From Verrucomicrobiota bacterium (GTDB lineage: Bacteria; Verrucomicrobiota; Verrucomicrobiia; Chthoniobacterales; JACTMZ01), in NCBI GenBank assembly GCA_027624625.1, contig JAQBWH010000004.1:16754-80753 (forward strand): a stretch of DNA of 64,000 nucleotides. Direction: 5' to 3'. A model generated the notes under the pieces. The model worked only from the letters and a program-made list of their open reading frames with translations. It had not been told where the DNA came from and made no database searches. Positions 30,913 to 41,066 of the stretch are shown here, in pieces. Within the stretch, counting starts at the first letter, position 1, and each line of letters begins with the position of its first letter. The position numbers and the translations under genes were made by a program.

Positions 30913-31935
30913 TCAGTTTTCGAGTTCGCGGAATTTCCCTGCGCCACCGCGCGAACGGATAATAGACCGCATCTCCTTGCGGTCGTCGGGCTTCATCCCC
31001 ACTCCGATGAAATTGACGGTGGCCGGCTCGGGCAACGTTTCCTGAAGTTCGCGCAAGCGGCGGTTGATTTCGTCGTAAGGAATTTTGTCGGAGCCGGCAC
31101 CGCGGTAAAAACCACCGTCGGAGACGATGTAGACGAGGTCCGGCTTCAGTTTGAAGGCCTCTTCAAGCACGACAAGAAATCCCGCACTGCCCGGCACGTA
31201 GTCCGGAGTGCCGCGGTTGAGCGAGCCGGTTGTGCTGAACCACTTGAGCCACTCTTTGGCCCGGGCTTTGTTCGGATCGCTGGCGGGCAGAAGTTCTTTG
31301 TCAAAAAAAGCGTAATTGCGGGCAAACTGGCCGAGGCTGAAGGTGGTGTTGATGCCTGCCGAGTCGATCAACTCGACCACCTTGTCGCGGATCGCCTCCA
31401 TTGGCAGATTGGCCCGTGCGGCGGCGTTGTTCACCGTCTTGGAGATATCGAAAAGCAGCACGACCCGCGATCCGGTGCTGGTCACGCCGAGGAAACTGAT
31501 TGCCTCCCCGCGGCTGCCGCCGATGCCGGCACCAGTGCCGTCGCCCGCGGCAGCGGAGAGGCTGTCGAGCTGGTCGGCGACAAGGTCACTCGGATTGATC
31601 GCGGACAAAACATCGAGTGGCATGGCGGGCAGGTCGGGTAGTGAAAACTCCATCGGCCGCTCGGTGGACATTTTGTCCTGGAACGTCGGCTTCGGCTTAA
31701 GAGCGTCAAACTCGTCCATATTCATCCGGTGCTGACGATCCTCGGCGGCGATACGGATTTCCCGCTTTACCTCGAAGGTAGCCGGGGTTGGCAGGAGATA
31801 GCGGGCCACGATCCAAATGCCCGCGAGGGTGCCGCCGAGCAAGTGCACGGCGATGCTCGCGACGATGACGGAAATGATGATTTTCCGCCGCCGCAGTTTG
31901 GCCACGGTCTGGGGATCAAGGATGACCTGGCTCAT
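30913..31935 (-). CDS. Single-pass membrane protein with a TonB-like S-x3-H helix and a C-terminal vWA-like domain
   Basis: RRRK then TM IIISVIVASIAVHLLGG; Pro/Gly-rich linker; LLFDISKT and YIVSDG (MIDAS-like), VNFIG. Confidence 0.72.
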   Translation of the reverse strand: MSQVILDPQTVAKLRRRKIIISVIVASIAVHLLGGTLAGIWIVARYLLPTPATFEVKREIRIAAEDRQHRMNMDEFDALKPKPTFQDKMSTERPMEFSLPDLPAMPLDVLSAINPSDLVADQLDSLSAAAGDGTGAGIGGSRGEAISFLGVTSTGSRVVLLFDISKTVNNAAARANLPMEAIRDKVVELIDSAGINTTFSLGQFARNYAFFDKELLPASDPNKARAKEWLKWFSTTGSLNRGTPDYVPGSAGFLVVLEEAFKLKPDLVYIVSDGGFYRGAGSDKIPYDEINRRLRELQETLPEPATVNFIGVGMKPDDRKEMRSIIRSRGGAGKFRELEN

Positions 31936-31938
31936 ATC

Positions 31939-32385
31939 TTACCTTTCCTCTTCCGAGCTGTCGGAGAATGTGACCCCCGTGACGTCGGCTCGCGCGCACG
32001 CGTTGAGCACGTCGACGATGCGCTGGTGCATGGCACCATCGGCCGCATCCAGTGTAACGAGGGCATCGGATTTGTTCGCCTCAGCCGACTCCCTGAAACG
32101 TTGGAGCGTGGCGACCAGTCCGTCGAGGGCTGCATCGCCGGGTTGTCCGAGGACAGAGTCGTTGAGCACGATGCGGCCGTCATCTTCGATGCGGATGCGC
32201 TGCTCGTCGGGGAGGTCGACGGACTCCTCGGCGGACACCGTGCCGGGAAGTCCGAGGCTGATGTCGCTTTCCTGTTTGATCGGCTTGGCCGTGACCATGA
32301 AAAAAACCAAGAGGAGGAAAACCATATCGATCATGGGTCCCATTTGCATCTCGACGAGTTGCTGATCGCGGCGGCGGACTTGCAT
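31939..32385 (-). CDS. exbD: Biopolymer transporter ExbD/TolR
   Basis: PMIDMVFLLLVFFMVT with conserved TM Asp. Confidence 0.9.
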   Translation of the reverse strand: MQVRRRDQQLVEMQMGPMIDMVFLLLVFFMVTAKPIKQESDISLGLPGTVSAEESVDLPDEQRIRIEDDGRIVLNDSVLGQPGDAALDGLVATLQRFRESAEANKSDALVTLDAADGAMHQRIVDVLNACARADVTGVTFSDSSEEER

Positions 32386-32388
32386 GGC

Positions 32389-32796
32389 TCAGGATTGGTA
32401 GCTGCCGAAAATAACGTCGACCGCCCCGGCATCGGCGGCCATTTTCATGACCTCTTTGATTTGTTTCCCCGGCGTGTTTTTGTCGGCCCGGATGTAGAGG
32501 CGTAAGGGCGGATAGTTTTCAAACCGCTGCTTGAGGTGCACGGCCAATGCTTTTTTGTCCGCCGGGTCGGGACCGATGAAATAACGCCCCTGCGCGTCGA
32601 TGCTGATAATGTCGCGATTGCTGGCTTCCGGCGGGATGAGCGCGTTGCTCGCCACGGGGAGTTTGATCTCCTCCTTGATTTGCTCCTTGGAAATCTTGGT
32701 CGTGACCATGAAGAAAATGAGGAGGAGAAAAGTCATGTCGATCATCGGTGCGAGCTGGAAGCCCACATTATCTTCGGATCGACGGAGGATTTTCAC
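32389..32796 (-). CDS. exbD: Biopolymer transporter ExbD/TolR (second paralog)
   Basis: PMIDMTFLLLIFFMVT, IRADK. Confidence 0.9.
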   Translation of the reverse strand: MKILRRSEDNVGFQLAPMIDMTFLLLIFFMVTTKISKEQIKEEIKLPVASNALIPPEASNRDIISIDAQGRYFIGPDPADKKALAVHLKQRFENYPPLRLYIRADKNTPGKQIKEVMKMAADAGAVDVIFGSYQS

Positions 32797-32814
32797 GGTG
32801 CCTTGCCTCGGGGT

Positions 32815-33627
32815 TTATTCGGCGGCCTCTTCCGGCGGCGTCTCCGCGTAGGCGTGCGCGGCGCTGGCCAGCTTCAGTTCGCCCGAGAGGACATCGATCA
32901 TGAAGGTGACCGATTTCTGGATATTGCCGATGGCGACCTGCAGAAGGTTGCGGAAATAGAAATAGAGGAACATGGCCGGAATGCCGACGATGAGCCCGCC
33001 GGCCGTGGTCAACATCGCCTCGCCGATTCCTCCGGCCAGATCCTGTGGTTCGCTTTTCCCGGCCGCGAGCTGGTCGAAACTTTGAATCATTCCGGTCACC
33101 GTGCCGAGCAGCCCGAGCATGGGCGCGATCGTGGCGAAAATGTTCAGGTAGTTGACCCAGATCATGAGGCGGGTTTCTTCCTGCATGAGAGTTTCCCCGG
33201 CGGCTTGTTCCATCGAGACCTTGTTGGCGAGGTCACGCTCGAAATTCACTTTGAGCAGGGCGGAAGACATTGTGTTGGCAAAGACGTTGGGAGCTGCCTG
33301 GCACAACTCGTAAGCGGCGTTGGCGTCATGGCGCTGCATGGCATGCGAGACGCCGTCGACCTGTGTTTTCGGCATCATTTTCTTCTGGTTGATTTGCAGG
33401 AAGCAATAGACGGCGACGGCGATGGTGCCGACCGAACAAAGAAGAATCGGCCACATGAGCGCGCCGCCCGCGTTGAATAAATCAAGCAGGCTTTTTTCCA
33501 CCGCCGCCGGTGCTCCGGGCGGGAGGTTGGCGGTTCCTTCCTGCGCCAGCGCCATAGTGACGGCGGTGAAAGCGAGGGCCGGAGGCAGGAGAAGGCGGAG
33601 GATCAGGCGGGGTCTTGGGTTATTCAT
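32815..33627 (-). CDS. MotA/TolQ/ExbB proton channel protein
   Basis: GGALMWPILLCS, APMLGLLGTVTGMIQSF, AMLTTAGGL. Confidence 0.92.
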   Translation of the reverse strand: MNNPRPRLILRLLLPPALAFTAVTMALAQEGTANLPPGAPAAVEKSLLDLFNAGGALMWPILLCSVGTIAVAVYCFLQINQKKMMPKTQVDGVSHAMQRHDANAAYELCQAAPNVFANTMSSALLKVNFERDLANKVSMEQAAGETLMQEETRLMIWVNYLNIFATIAPMLGLLGTVTGMIQSFDQLAAGKSEPQDLAGGIGEAMLTTAGGLIVGIPAMFLYFYFRNLLQVAIGNIQKSVTFMIDVLSGELKLASAAHAYAETPPEEAAE

Positions 33628-34522
33628 AATTCGGTTTTTTTGTTAGCAACGCCTCGCGGGCGGGACCAGCGTAGCGGGTTTCGGGATATATGGTCACGAT
33701 GTCGCTGGCAACTTCGCGAGCGGCCGCGGCATCGCCGGCCAGCAAATAGACCTCGTGCGCCAACCACAGGCCTTGGGCCGCCTGCTCGTGCGCGGTGCCA
33801 TGGAAAAGGAACGGATGAAGCGACAAGTCGAGGGCGTCGTTGAGCAACTGCTTGCGCTGGGAGCGCACCGGCGGGTCCTCGCTCCAACGTGGATTGTCGT
33901 CGAGCAACTCGCGCAGCGCAGCGATGCGAGTCTGGGCGAGGAGCAGTTTCGTCTCGAGCAGGAAGCCGGGATCGTCGTCCCGTCCAGCCAGCGCCTGGGC
34001 CTCCGCCGAAGCTTCATCGACCCGCCCGAGCCGGAGCAGGGCTTTGAGCCGTCCACGGGTGGCGGTTTCACGGTCGGTCGGGTTCCAAGCTTCCTTCTCG
34101 ATGCGCTCGAAAAGGGCCAGTGCTTCGTTCTGCCGTGCCGGGTCGGAGGAAAGCAGGAGAATTTCGCCGTAAAGCATCCCCGCTTTGGCCGCGTGGGACT
34201 CAGGCACGGCGAGAAGGGGTTCCTGCCGCTGCCAAAGCAGACGGGCAAAGGCCAGACGTGCGAGCACCGGATCCTTGCCGAGGGTCTCGAGGTCGGGATC
34301 GGGACCAAAGAGGATTTTGTCCACATCGGTGCGGATGATCGTGATCACCGCGGGCTGCTGTCCGGGAATCGGTGCGGGTATCCTCAGTTGGAAAACTCTT
34401 TCGTCGGCGCCCATGATTTTTCCCGTGCGGGAGTTGCCGTCGAGGTATTCCACCGTGTCCTGCGCGGTGACGGCGGACAGGGCCGTGGCGGCCCATCCGA
34501 TCGCGAGGGGAATTTTTTTCAT
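33620..34522 (-). CDS. Secreted helical (TPR-like) hypothetical protein
   Basis: Signal peptide (AVTA-QD), DTVEYLDG..RTGKI start, helical repeats, YPETRYA end; overlaps both neighbours. Confidence 0.7.
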   Translation of the reverse strand: MKKIPLAIGWAATALSAVTAQDTVEYLDGNSRTGKIMGADERVFQLRIPAPIPGQQPAVITIIRTDVDKILFGPDPDLETLGKDPVLARLAFARLLWQRQEPLLAVPESHAAKAGMLYGEILLLSSDPARQNEALALFERIEKEAWNPTDRETATRGRLKALLRLGRVDEASAEAQALAGRDDDPGFLLETKLLLAQTRIAALRELLDDNPRWSEDPPVRSQRKQLLNDALDLSLHPFLFHGTAHEQAAQGLWLAHEVYLLAGDAAAAREVASDIVTIYPETRYAGPAREALLTKKPNYE

Positions 34523-37344
34523 GACGAAGTTTTCGGTGATTCTACGGGGGTGATGTTCTTCAGTTTTTCGCGCGCCCGTTCCGCTTCGGGCAACGAGGCG
34601 AGGTCCTCGCTGTTGGCCAGCTCCTCGTAGGTTTTGCGCGCGGCCTCGAAATCGGCAACCTGTTCGAAGGCCTCACCGCTGCGCAGGTAGGCCTTGGCTG
34701 CGGCTTCGCGCCATTTGCCGTAAAGTATGTAGATCCGCTGATAGTAGGGGATGGCGACCTGCGGTCGGTCGCGCTGCATTTCCAACTCGCCGAGAGCGAG
34801 GAGGGCTTGGGCCTTGAGCTTGCCCGGGATGTTTTCCGCCGCGAGCAGACGGGTATAGGAATCAACGGCTTCGTCGAGGCGACCCTCGTCGAATTCGATC
34901 TGAGCGCGGGTCATCAGCACGTCGCCCATCAATGGCGACCACGGCGTGTCGCGCTCGATGCGGCTGTAGTAACCGAGCGCTGTTTGCCGGTCATTTTGCT
35001 CCATCGCCATTCTGGCCAGTGCGCCGAGCGCTTTGTCTTTTTGCGGCGCGCGCGGATACCATTTGAGCATGTCGCGGTATAGCCCGCTGGCCAGATCGCG
35101 CCGGCGCTGGCTTTCGGCCGCGTCGGTCTGCGCCCCCGCTTCCTCCGCCTGCGCCCCGGCGCAGTCGGCCAACACGACCGGGCTCGTGACCGGAGGATCA
35201 ACCAGCACGGAGGCTTCGCGCAATAGTGCGCGGGACAGTTCGGAGTCGGATTTTTTCACCGCCTGGGCCAGCGCCCAGATGGCCCGCACGGCGAGCACAC
35301 TTTCTTTCCCCGCCTCGGCCTGCGCGCGCAAAGCGCGAAGATCGGCAAGATGGTCGAGTTTCTCCGGTTCGCTCTGGTAAAGACGTCCCGCGGCAAGAAA
35401 CAAATCCTCCACCGCGAAGGCGGCCGGATCGTTGCCGTATTTTTTGATCGCTGACCAATATTCTTCTTTGGCCTTGTCGACCCGACCCTCCTGCCGCCAA
35501 GCCGTACCGATGAAAAAGAGCGCTTCGGCCGCGCGCGGACTGTTGGGGTATTGCCCGAGGTACTGCTGCATGAGATCACGCAACCCGGGATAGTCCTCCT
35601 CGAGTTTGAGAACTTTGGCCAACTTGAATTGTGCCTCTTCGTGAAACCGTCCGTCCGTCGCCGCGATTCCGGCATAAACGGCCTTGCCCTCCTCGGACTC
35701 GGCTTGTGCGAGCAAGGCGTCGCCGAGAAGAATCTGCGCCTCGGCCCATTCTTCACCCTCCGGATGGGCCTGCAGGTAGGCTTTCAATTCCTCCTCGGCA
35801 CTCGCGTATTCCCGCATCGATTGCGCGCAATAGGCCCGGCGGAACGCCGCCGGGCCCAGCAGTGCGCCTTGCGGATACTCGGTCGGGATGGCAGCGAGCA
35901 CCTCGCGTGCTTCGGGGAATTTCTTGGCGAAGGCCAAGGCCGATCCCTGCCAGTAAGCGGCCGGTTCGCCGAGTTCGCTGTCCGGATATTTTCTGCGGAA
36001 CTCCCCGAAAAGCTCCGCTGCTTCCTCGTTTTTTTCGGACAGCAATTGGGTGAAGGCTTGCATGAAAAGTGCCCGTGGTGCTTGTTCGGTTTCCGGGAAT
36101 TTGGTCGCGAGGTCTTGGAAAGTAGCCAGAGCCTGTTCGTAATCCTGATCCTGCTGCTGCGCCATCCCTTGGAGATAAAGAATAAGAGGCAACTGCTTAG
36201 ATTCCGGAAAACGTTGGGCAAAGAGACGGGCACTTTCGACGGCCTTGTCGTACCGTCCGATCGCCATCCAGCTCTGCAGGGCGGTCATGGATGCCTGCTC
36301 CACCACTGCGTCCGGCGGCATCTGGTTGAGCATGTCGTTGAGCAGCAGCGCACACTCCAAATACCGGTCCTGCTGGTGGAAAGCACTGGCCAGACGGAAG
36401 CGGGCGGACGCGTCGAAGGACGGTATCTTCCCGAGGTTTGTCAGCTCCTCCCCGACCTCGCGCGCAATCTGGCGCGCTTGGGAGCGCTCGAAGATATCGG
36501 GGTTGGACGACGCCTCGAGGGCGGTCAACTGCTCTTGGATATCCGCCAACCGACCTTCCTGGTGCGCGACCAACCGGTCTCGCGTCCAGAGGGTTTGCAA
36601 GGCACGGATGGCCTCCCGCGGCTTTTCGTTGGCCAGATATTTTTCGCCGAGTGCCATGGCCAGAGTCTGGAAGGTGGCAATTTGCGCGATGTGTTCCTGC
36701 CGCGGCCCTTCCTGCGCGAGCAACTCGAGCGCGGCATCGTCCTGCCCGGTTTCGATCAGGCTGTGCAACTCGAGAACAACGGCGCGGCCGCGGTGGAGGC
36801 TTTCCGGATTTTTGCGCATTGCGTTGAAGGCCGCGGCGGCTTCTTTCATTTTCCCCTCGAGCATCAGTGCGGTCGCCGCGAGGAGTGCTGCGTCCTGCCG
36901 GCGCCGGGACCGGGGAAATTTTTCGATGAACTCCTCGAGTGCTTGGCGGGCTTTGGCGTTCTCGCCGAGTTGGGTCAGGCTGACCCCTCGCCAGAAGGAA
37001 AGATTTTCCTGCTGGTCGGGCGTTGTCTCTTCGAGTGCTTGCCCGGTCTCGATCGCCGCGAGGGCCGCGTCGAACTTTTGAACCTGCAACAAAGCTGCCG
37101 ACAAATTGTAGTACACGTGCGGCAAGGCCGGCTTGGCTTCGGCCGAGTTGCCAAAATCGCGCAGGTAGGCCTCATAACCGGCCACGGATTCGGCGTAGCG
37201 CCCGGCATTGTAAGCAGTGTCCGCCCGAAAGATGACATCGCGAGCGGTGCCTGTCTGGACTTCCTCTCCGCCGACTTGCGCTAGTCCCAATCCGGCCGAT
37301 GCGACGCCCACGGCGGTCAGCAGTATCAGCCGGAGAGTCTTCAC
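34519..37344 (-). CDS. Large secreted tetratricopeptide-repeat protein
   Basis: GTG start with signal peptide VKTLRLILLTAVGVASAGLGLA; many xxxFPxS-capped TPR units. Confidence 0.82.
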   Translation of the reverse strand: MKTLRLILLTAVGVASAGLGLAQVGGEEVQTGTARDVIFRADTAYNAGRYAESVAGYEAYLRDFGNSAEAKPALPHVYYNLSAALLQVQKFDAALAAIETGQALEETTPDQQENLSFWRGVSLTQLGENAKARQALEEFIEKFPRSRRRQDAALLAATALMLEGKMKEAAAAFNAMRKNPESLHRGRAVVLELHSLIETGQDDAALELLAQEGPRQEHIAQIATFQTLAMALGEKYLANEKPREAIRALQTLWTRDRLVAHQEGRLADIQEQLTALEASSNPDIFERSQARQIAREVGEELTNLGKIPSFDASARFRLASAFHQQDRYLECALLLNDMLNQMPPDAVVEQASMTALQSWMAIGRYDKAVESARLFAQRFPESKQLPLILYLQGMAQQQDQDYEQALATFQDLATKFPETEQAPRALFMQAFTQLLSEKNEEAAELFGEFRRKYPDSELGEPAAYWQGSALAFAKKFPEAREVLAAIPTEYPQGALLGPAAFRRAYCAQSMREYASAEEELKAYLQAHPEGEEWAEAQILLGDALLAQAESEEGKAVYAGIAATDGRFHEEAQFKLAKVLKLEEDYPGLRDLMQQYLGQYPNSPRAAEALFFIGTAWRQEGRVDKAKEEYWSAIKKYGNDPAAFAVEDLFLAAGRLYQSEPEKLDHLADLRALRAQAEAGKESVLAVRAIWALAQAVKKSDSELSRALLREASVLVDPPVTSPVVLADCAGAQAEEAGAQTDAAESQRRRDLASGLYRDMLKWYPRAPQKDKALGALARMAMEQNDRQTALGYYSRIERDTPWSPLMGDVLMTRAQIEFDEGRLDEAVDSYTRLLAAENIPGKLKAQALLALGELEMQRDRPQVAIPYYQRIYILYGKWREAAAKAYLRSGEAFEQVADFEAARKTYEELANSEDLASLPEAERAREKLKNITPVESPKTSS

Positions 37345-37440
37345 ATCGGGCAGCACAAGGCGAAAATGGGCCCGGTCCGCCGCGTGGCGCGAGGCCAAAA
37401 TTGCGTTTCCGCGTGCCCTCGGGCTGGCAATATGGCCGGC

Positions 37441-38442
37441 ATGGCCGCCGCTGACCTTATGGAAGCCGAAGTCCTGCGTCGGATCGGACCTGATCCGGCC
37501 GCGGAGTTCGACCTGTTCTTGCCGCGCTTGCACTCCTTCCAGTACACCCACAATACCGCCTACCGTGTCTTTTGCCGGGACGCCGGGTGTGGCGAAACCG
37601 TGACATCGTGGCGCCAGATTCCCTGCCTTCCCCAGGCCGCCTTCAAATACGCGGACTTGCGCAGTTTCCCGGCGGAAGAAACGGTCAAAACATTCCGCAC
37701 CAGCGGGACGACGGGGGAGGGCTACGGGCAGCACCACTTCCGCTCGCTGACCATTTACGAAGCCGCGGTGCGCGCGGGCTGGCGTCATGCCAGTTTGCCT
37801 TCCGGTCCATTCCTGGTCATTGCTCCGCACCCGGAGGAAGCGCCCTTCTCTTCGCTCAGCCACATGTTGGCCACTCTGGCGAAGAAAGAAGATTTTATCG
37901 CTCCGGGGGGAACGATCGATCTCCACCGCCTGCGCGATTTGTCCGGTCCGGTTTGCCTGCTCGGCACCGCCTTGGGATTTCTGCAGGTGATCGAATCACT
38001 CGGGACCAATCGGATCGTTCTTCCCGCTGGCTCGACGGCCATGGAAACCGGAGGGTACAAAGGTAGCGGTCGCGCCATCGCGCGCCCCCGGCTCTATACG
38101 CTGCTCGGCGAGAAGCTCGGCCTTGCTCCCGAAGACATGATCAACGAATACGGCATGACCGAACTTAGCTCGCAATTTTATGCCCGCGGCCCTCGCGGCT
38201 TGCACTACGGTCCCCCGTGGACCCGCGCTGTGGTGGTCGATCCGGTCACTTTGGAGGAAGTGGGCGAAGGCGAAACTGGTATCCTGCTTATTTACGACGG
38301 GGCCAATGTCGGTTCGGTCGTCGGGATCCGCACGCAGGATCTGGCGGTCAAACGCGGTGATGCCTTCGCATTGCTCGGGCGCGACCCCTCCGCCTTGCCG
38401 CGGGGTTGCTCGCGCGCGGCGGACGAATGGCTGACCTCATGA
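37441..38442 (+). CDS. LuxE-like acyl-protein synthetase
   Basis: FRTSGTTG, METGGYKG, NEYGMTELSSQFY, TQDL, LGR...RGCS; start uncertain. Confidence 0.85.
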   Translation: MAAADLMEAEVLRRIGPDPAAEFDLFLPRLHSFQYTHNTAYRVFCRDAGCGETVTSWRQIPCLPQAAFKYADLRSFPAEETVKTFRTSGTTGEGYGQHHFRSLTIYEAAVRAGWRHASLPSGPFLVIAPHPEEAPFSSLSHMLATLAKKEDFIAPGGTIDLHRLRDLSGPVCLLGTALGFLQVIESLGTNRIVLPAGSTAMETGGYKGSGRAIARPRLYTLLGEKLGLAPEDMINEYGMTELSSQFYARGPRGLHYGPPWTRAVVVDPVTLEEVGEGETGILLIYDGANVGSVVGIRTQDLAVKRGDAFALLGRDPSALPRGCSRAADEWLTS

Positions 38443-39539
38443 ACACGGCGGAACGAGCCGAAGCCATCGCCGGTGCCGCGGAAGTTTTCCCCGCGCTGCT
38501 CGGGCCGACCTCCGCCCGCGACCTGCTCGCGTGGGTCGCGGCGGAGCTGGGGGACGCCTGCGCCCTTGACCGTTGGTTTGATCACGGCACGGCCCGCACT
38601 AAGGCCCTCGCGCCGGGCCTGATCCTGCATGTGGTCAGCGGCAACACGCCCCATGCCGCGTTGCAAAGTCTGACCGGCGGTCTGTTGCTCGGCAGCCGCA
38701 ATCTGGTCAAACTCCCGGGGACCGGCCTCGGCGCAGTCGATCAATTCCTCGCCCGCCTGCCGGCCGAATTACGGGCCCGCGTGGAAGTGTCGGTCGAACT
38801 CCCCGCCGCGTGGCTCGCCGCCGCGGATGCCGTGGTGGTTTATGGCTCCGAGCAAACGGTCGCCGCTTTGCGCGCCCGTGTCCTGCCCGGGAAAACTTTT
38901 CTCGGGCACGGTCACAAATCAAGTCTCGGGGTCATTTGGCATGACCCGCTTTTCGAGTCGTGCCTTGGTGCGGCCCGCGACGCCTCGCTCTTCGACCAAC
39001 AAGGCTGCCTGTCACCGCAGGTCTTTTACGTGCGGGAGGCGCAGCCGGGCTCCGCCCGCGCGTATGCGGAAAAACTCGCGGCGGCCATGGATCAATTCAG
39101 TGGCACCCATCCGCGAGGCCCGCTGGCCATCGAGGAGAAAGCGGCCATCGCCAATTTGCGCGCCGCCTACCGGTTCCGCGCGGCAGGCGATTTACGCGTG
39201 GCGCTCTGGGAGGGTGGGGCCCATCTGGATTGGACCGTCATTTACGAGGAAGACGCATGGTTCACTGCTTCGCCCCTCAACCGCGTGGTTTTCGTCAAAC
39301 CATTGCCGCCGGACCTCGCCGGAGCGATGGGTCCGGCCGTCGATTACGTTGGCGCGGTCGGCTTGTGGCCATGCACGGAGGAATTGGCCGACCGCTTTGC
39401 GGCGTTGGGTCCCTCGCGGTTTTGCCCCATCGGAAACATGCAGGATCCGTCCTGGACTTGGCATAACGGCGGGGTCGCTCGTTTGGCTTCTTTGGTCAAG
39501 TGGGTTGATTTCGAGCCGTCGAGCGGCTTGACTGTCTGA
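38439..39539 (+). CDS. LuxC-like acyl-CoA reductase
   Basis: [31 protein letters not shown] (catalytic Cys), WHNG. Confidence 0.85.
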   Translation: MNTAERAEAIAGAAEVFPALLGPTSARDLLAWVAAELGDACALDRWFDHGTARTKALAPGLILHVVSGNTPHAALQSLTGGLLLGSRNLVKLPGTGLGAVDQFLARLPAELRARVEVSVELPAAWLAAADAVVVYGSEQTVAALRARVLPGKTFLGHGHKSSLGVIWHDPLFESCLGAARDASLFDQQGCLSPQVFYVREAQPGSARAYAEKLAAAMDQFSGTHPRGPLAIEEKAAIANLRAAYRFRAAGDLRVALWEGGAHLDWTVIYEEDAWFTASPLNRVVFVKPLPPDLAGAMGPAVDYVGAVGLWPCTEELADRFAALGPSRFCPIGNMQDPSWTWHNGGVARLASLVKWVDFEPSSGLTV

Positions 39540-39543
39540 TCGC

Positions 39544-39762
39544 ATGCCCAAAGAAGAATCTATTGCCGCCCAAGGCGTCGTTGTTGAGGTGCTCCCCGGC
39601 ACGATGTTCCGCGTGAAATTGGCGAACGACCGGATCGTCCTCGCTCACATCGGCGGCAAGATGCGCAAGCACTTTGTCCGCATCGTTCCCGGTGACAAAG
39701 TGCAGATCCAAATCTCGCCCTACGACCTGACCAAGGCGCGGATCACCTACCGCGAGCGGTGA
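39544..39762 (+). CDS. infA: Translation initiation factor IF-1
   Basis: [41 protein letters not shown]. Confidence 0.97.
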   Translation: MPKEESIAAQGVVVEVLPGTMFRVKLANDRIVLAHIGGKMRKHFVRIVPGDKVQIQISPYDLTKARITYRER

Positions 39763-39807
39763 TCAAGGCCGCGGCGGTTTTGTCCCGCAGCCATTGACGA
39801 GGGACTC

Positions 39808-41055
39808 CTACCGGTCGCATTCACCCATCACGAAGTCGATGCTACCGAGGATGGCGGGCACGTCGCTCACGTAGTGGCCGGGCAGGAGGGACGGAACAAT
39901 GCTCAAGTTGGCAAAGCTCGGGGCGCGGATTTTCAAACGGTAGGGCACTCCGCCACCCTTGCTGTGAATGTAAAAACCGAGCTCGCCTTTCGGGTTTTCC
40001 GCACCGAAGTAAACCTCCCCGGCCGGTGCATCGATACCTTGCGTGGTGATGATGAACTGGTGGATGAGTTCCTCCATCTTGGTCATCACATCGGTCTTGG
40101 GTGGGAGGATATTTTTCGGATCATCGACGTGGATCGGGCCGGAAGGCATTTTGTCCAGTGCCTGGATGAGGATGCGGGCGCTTTGCCGCATCTCGGCCAT
40201 GCGGACCAGATAGCGGTCGTAACAATCGCCGACCGAGCCGACCGGCACGTCAAATTCGTATTGCTCGTAGCCGAGGTAGGGGTGCGCCTTGCGCAAATCG
40301 TAGTCCACGCCGGATCCGCGGAGGTTTGGGCCGGTCAACCCGTAGGCGATGGCATCTTCCCCCGAAATGACGCCCACGTTTTTCGTGCGGTCGAGCCAGA
40401 TCGGATTCCGGGTCAGCAGGTTGTCGACCTCATCTAGGCTGGGCAGCAAGCCGTCGATGAAGGCGCGCACCTGCTGCGCGAAACCCGGAGGAATGTCCCG
40501 CGTCATCCCGCCGATGCGGGTGTAGGACGTGGTGAACCGCGCACCGGTCAGTTGTTCGGTCAAATTGTAAACCACTTCGCGGTGCTTGAAGGTGTAGAGG
40601 AAGACGGTCATGGCCCCGATGTCCATGGCGTAGGCCCCGATGCCGAGGAGGTGCGAGGAAATACGGGCCAACTCGCAACAAACAACCCGGATGGCTTGGC
40701 CGCGCGGCGGTAACTCCCACCCCATGAGCTTTTCCACCGCCAGGGCATAGGCCACGTTGTTGGCCAGCGGGGCAAGGTAATCGAGCCGGTCCGTGTAGGG
40801 CACGAACTGGTTGTATTGCATGTTCTCCGCGATCTTCTCGTCGCCACGATGCAGGTAGCCGATATCGGCGTCCGCCTTGGTGATGATCTCGCCGTCGAGT
40901 TCGAGCACGATGCGCAGCACGCCGTGAGTCGACGGGTGGGATGGACCCATGTTGATGGTCAGGGTCTCCCCGAGCAGTTCACCGTGGCGGCGTGCTTCGT
41001 GCTCCGCCGCGAGGGTGCGGGCGGCGGGATCGGGTGACTCGATAACGGTGGACAT
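39808..41055 (-). CDS. nuoD: NADH-quinone oxidoreductase subunit D
   Basis: NMGPSHPSTHGVLR, GYLHRG.EK, TDRLDY, ENPKGELG, GECDR end. Confidence 0.95.
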   Translation of the reverse strand: MSTVIESPDPAARTLAAEHEARRHGELLGETLTINMGPSHPSTHGVLRIVLELDGEIITKADADIGYLHRGDEKIAENMQYNQFVPYTDRLDYLAPLANNVAYALAVEKLMGWELPPRGQAIRVVCCELARISSHLLGIGAYAMDIGAMTVFLYTFKHREVVYNLTEQLTGARFTTSYTRIGGMTRDIPPGFAQQVRAFIDGLLPSLDEVDNLLTRNPIWLDRTKNVGVISGEDAIAYGLTGPNLRGSGVDYDLRKAHPYLGYEQYEFDVPVGSVGDCYDRYLVRMAEMRQSARILIQALDKMPSGPIHVDDPKNILPPKTDVMTKMEELIHQFIITTQGIDAPAGEVYFGAENPKGELGFYIHSKGGGVPYRLKIRAPSFANLSIVPSLLPGHYVSDVPAILGSIDFVMGECDR

Positions 41056-41066
41056 CGGCCTTATCC

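Noticed and set aside
34519-37926. 1135-aa version of the TPR protein (similarly the extended 5' ends of oppD, hisA, nuoD, prohibitin, vanZ)
   Set aside because: Extensions overlap other real genes; the signal peptide or family N-terminus starts further downstream
37441-39539. Bioluminescence operon
   Set aside because: No luxA/luxB luciferase or luxD in the window
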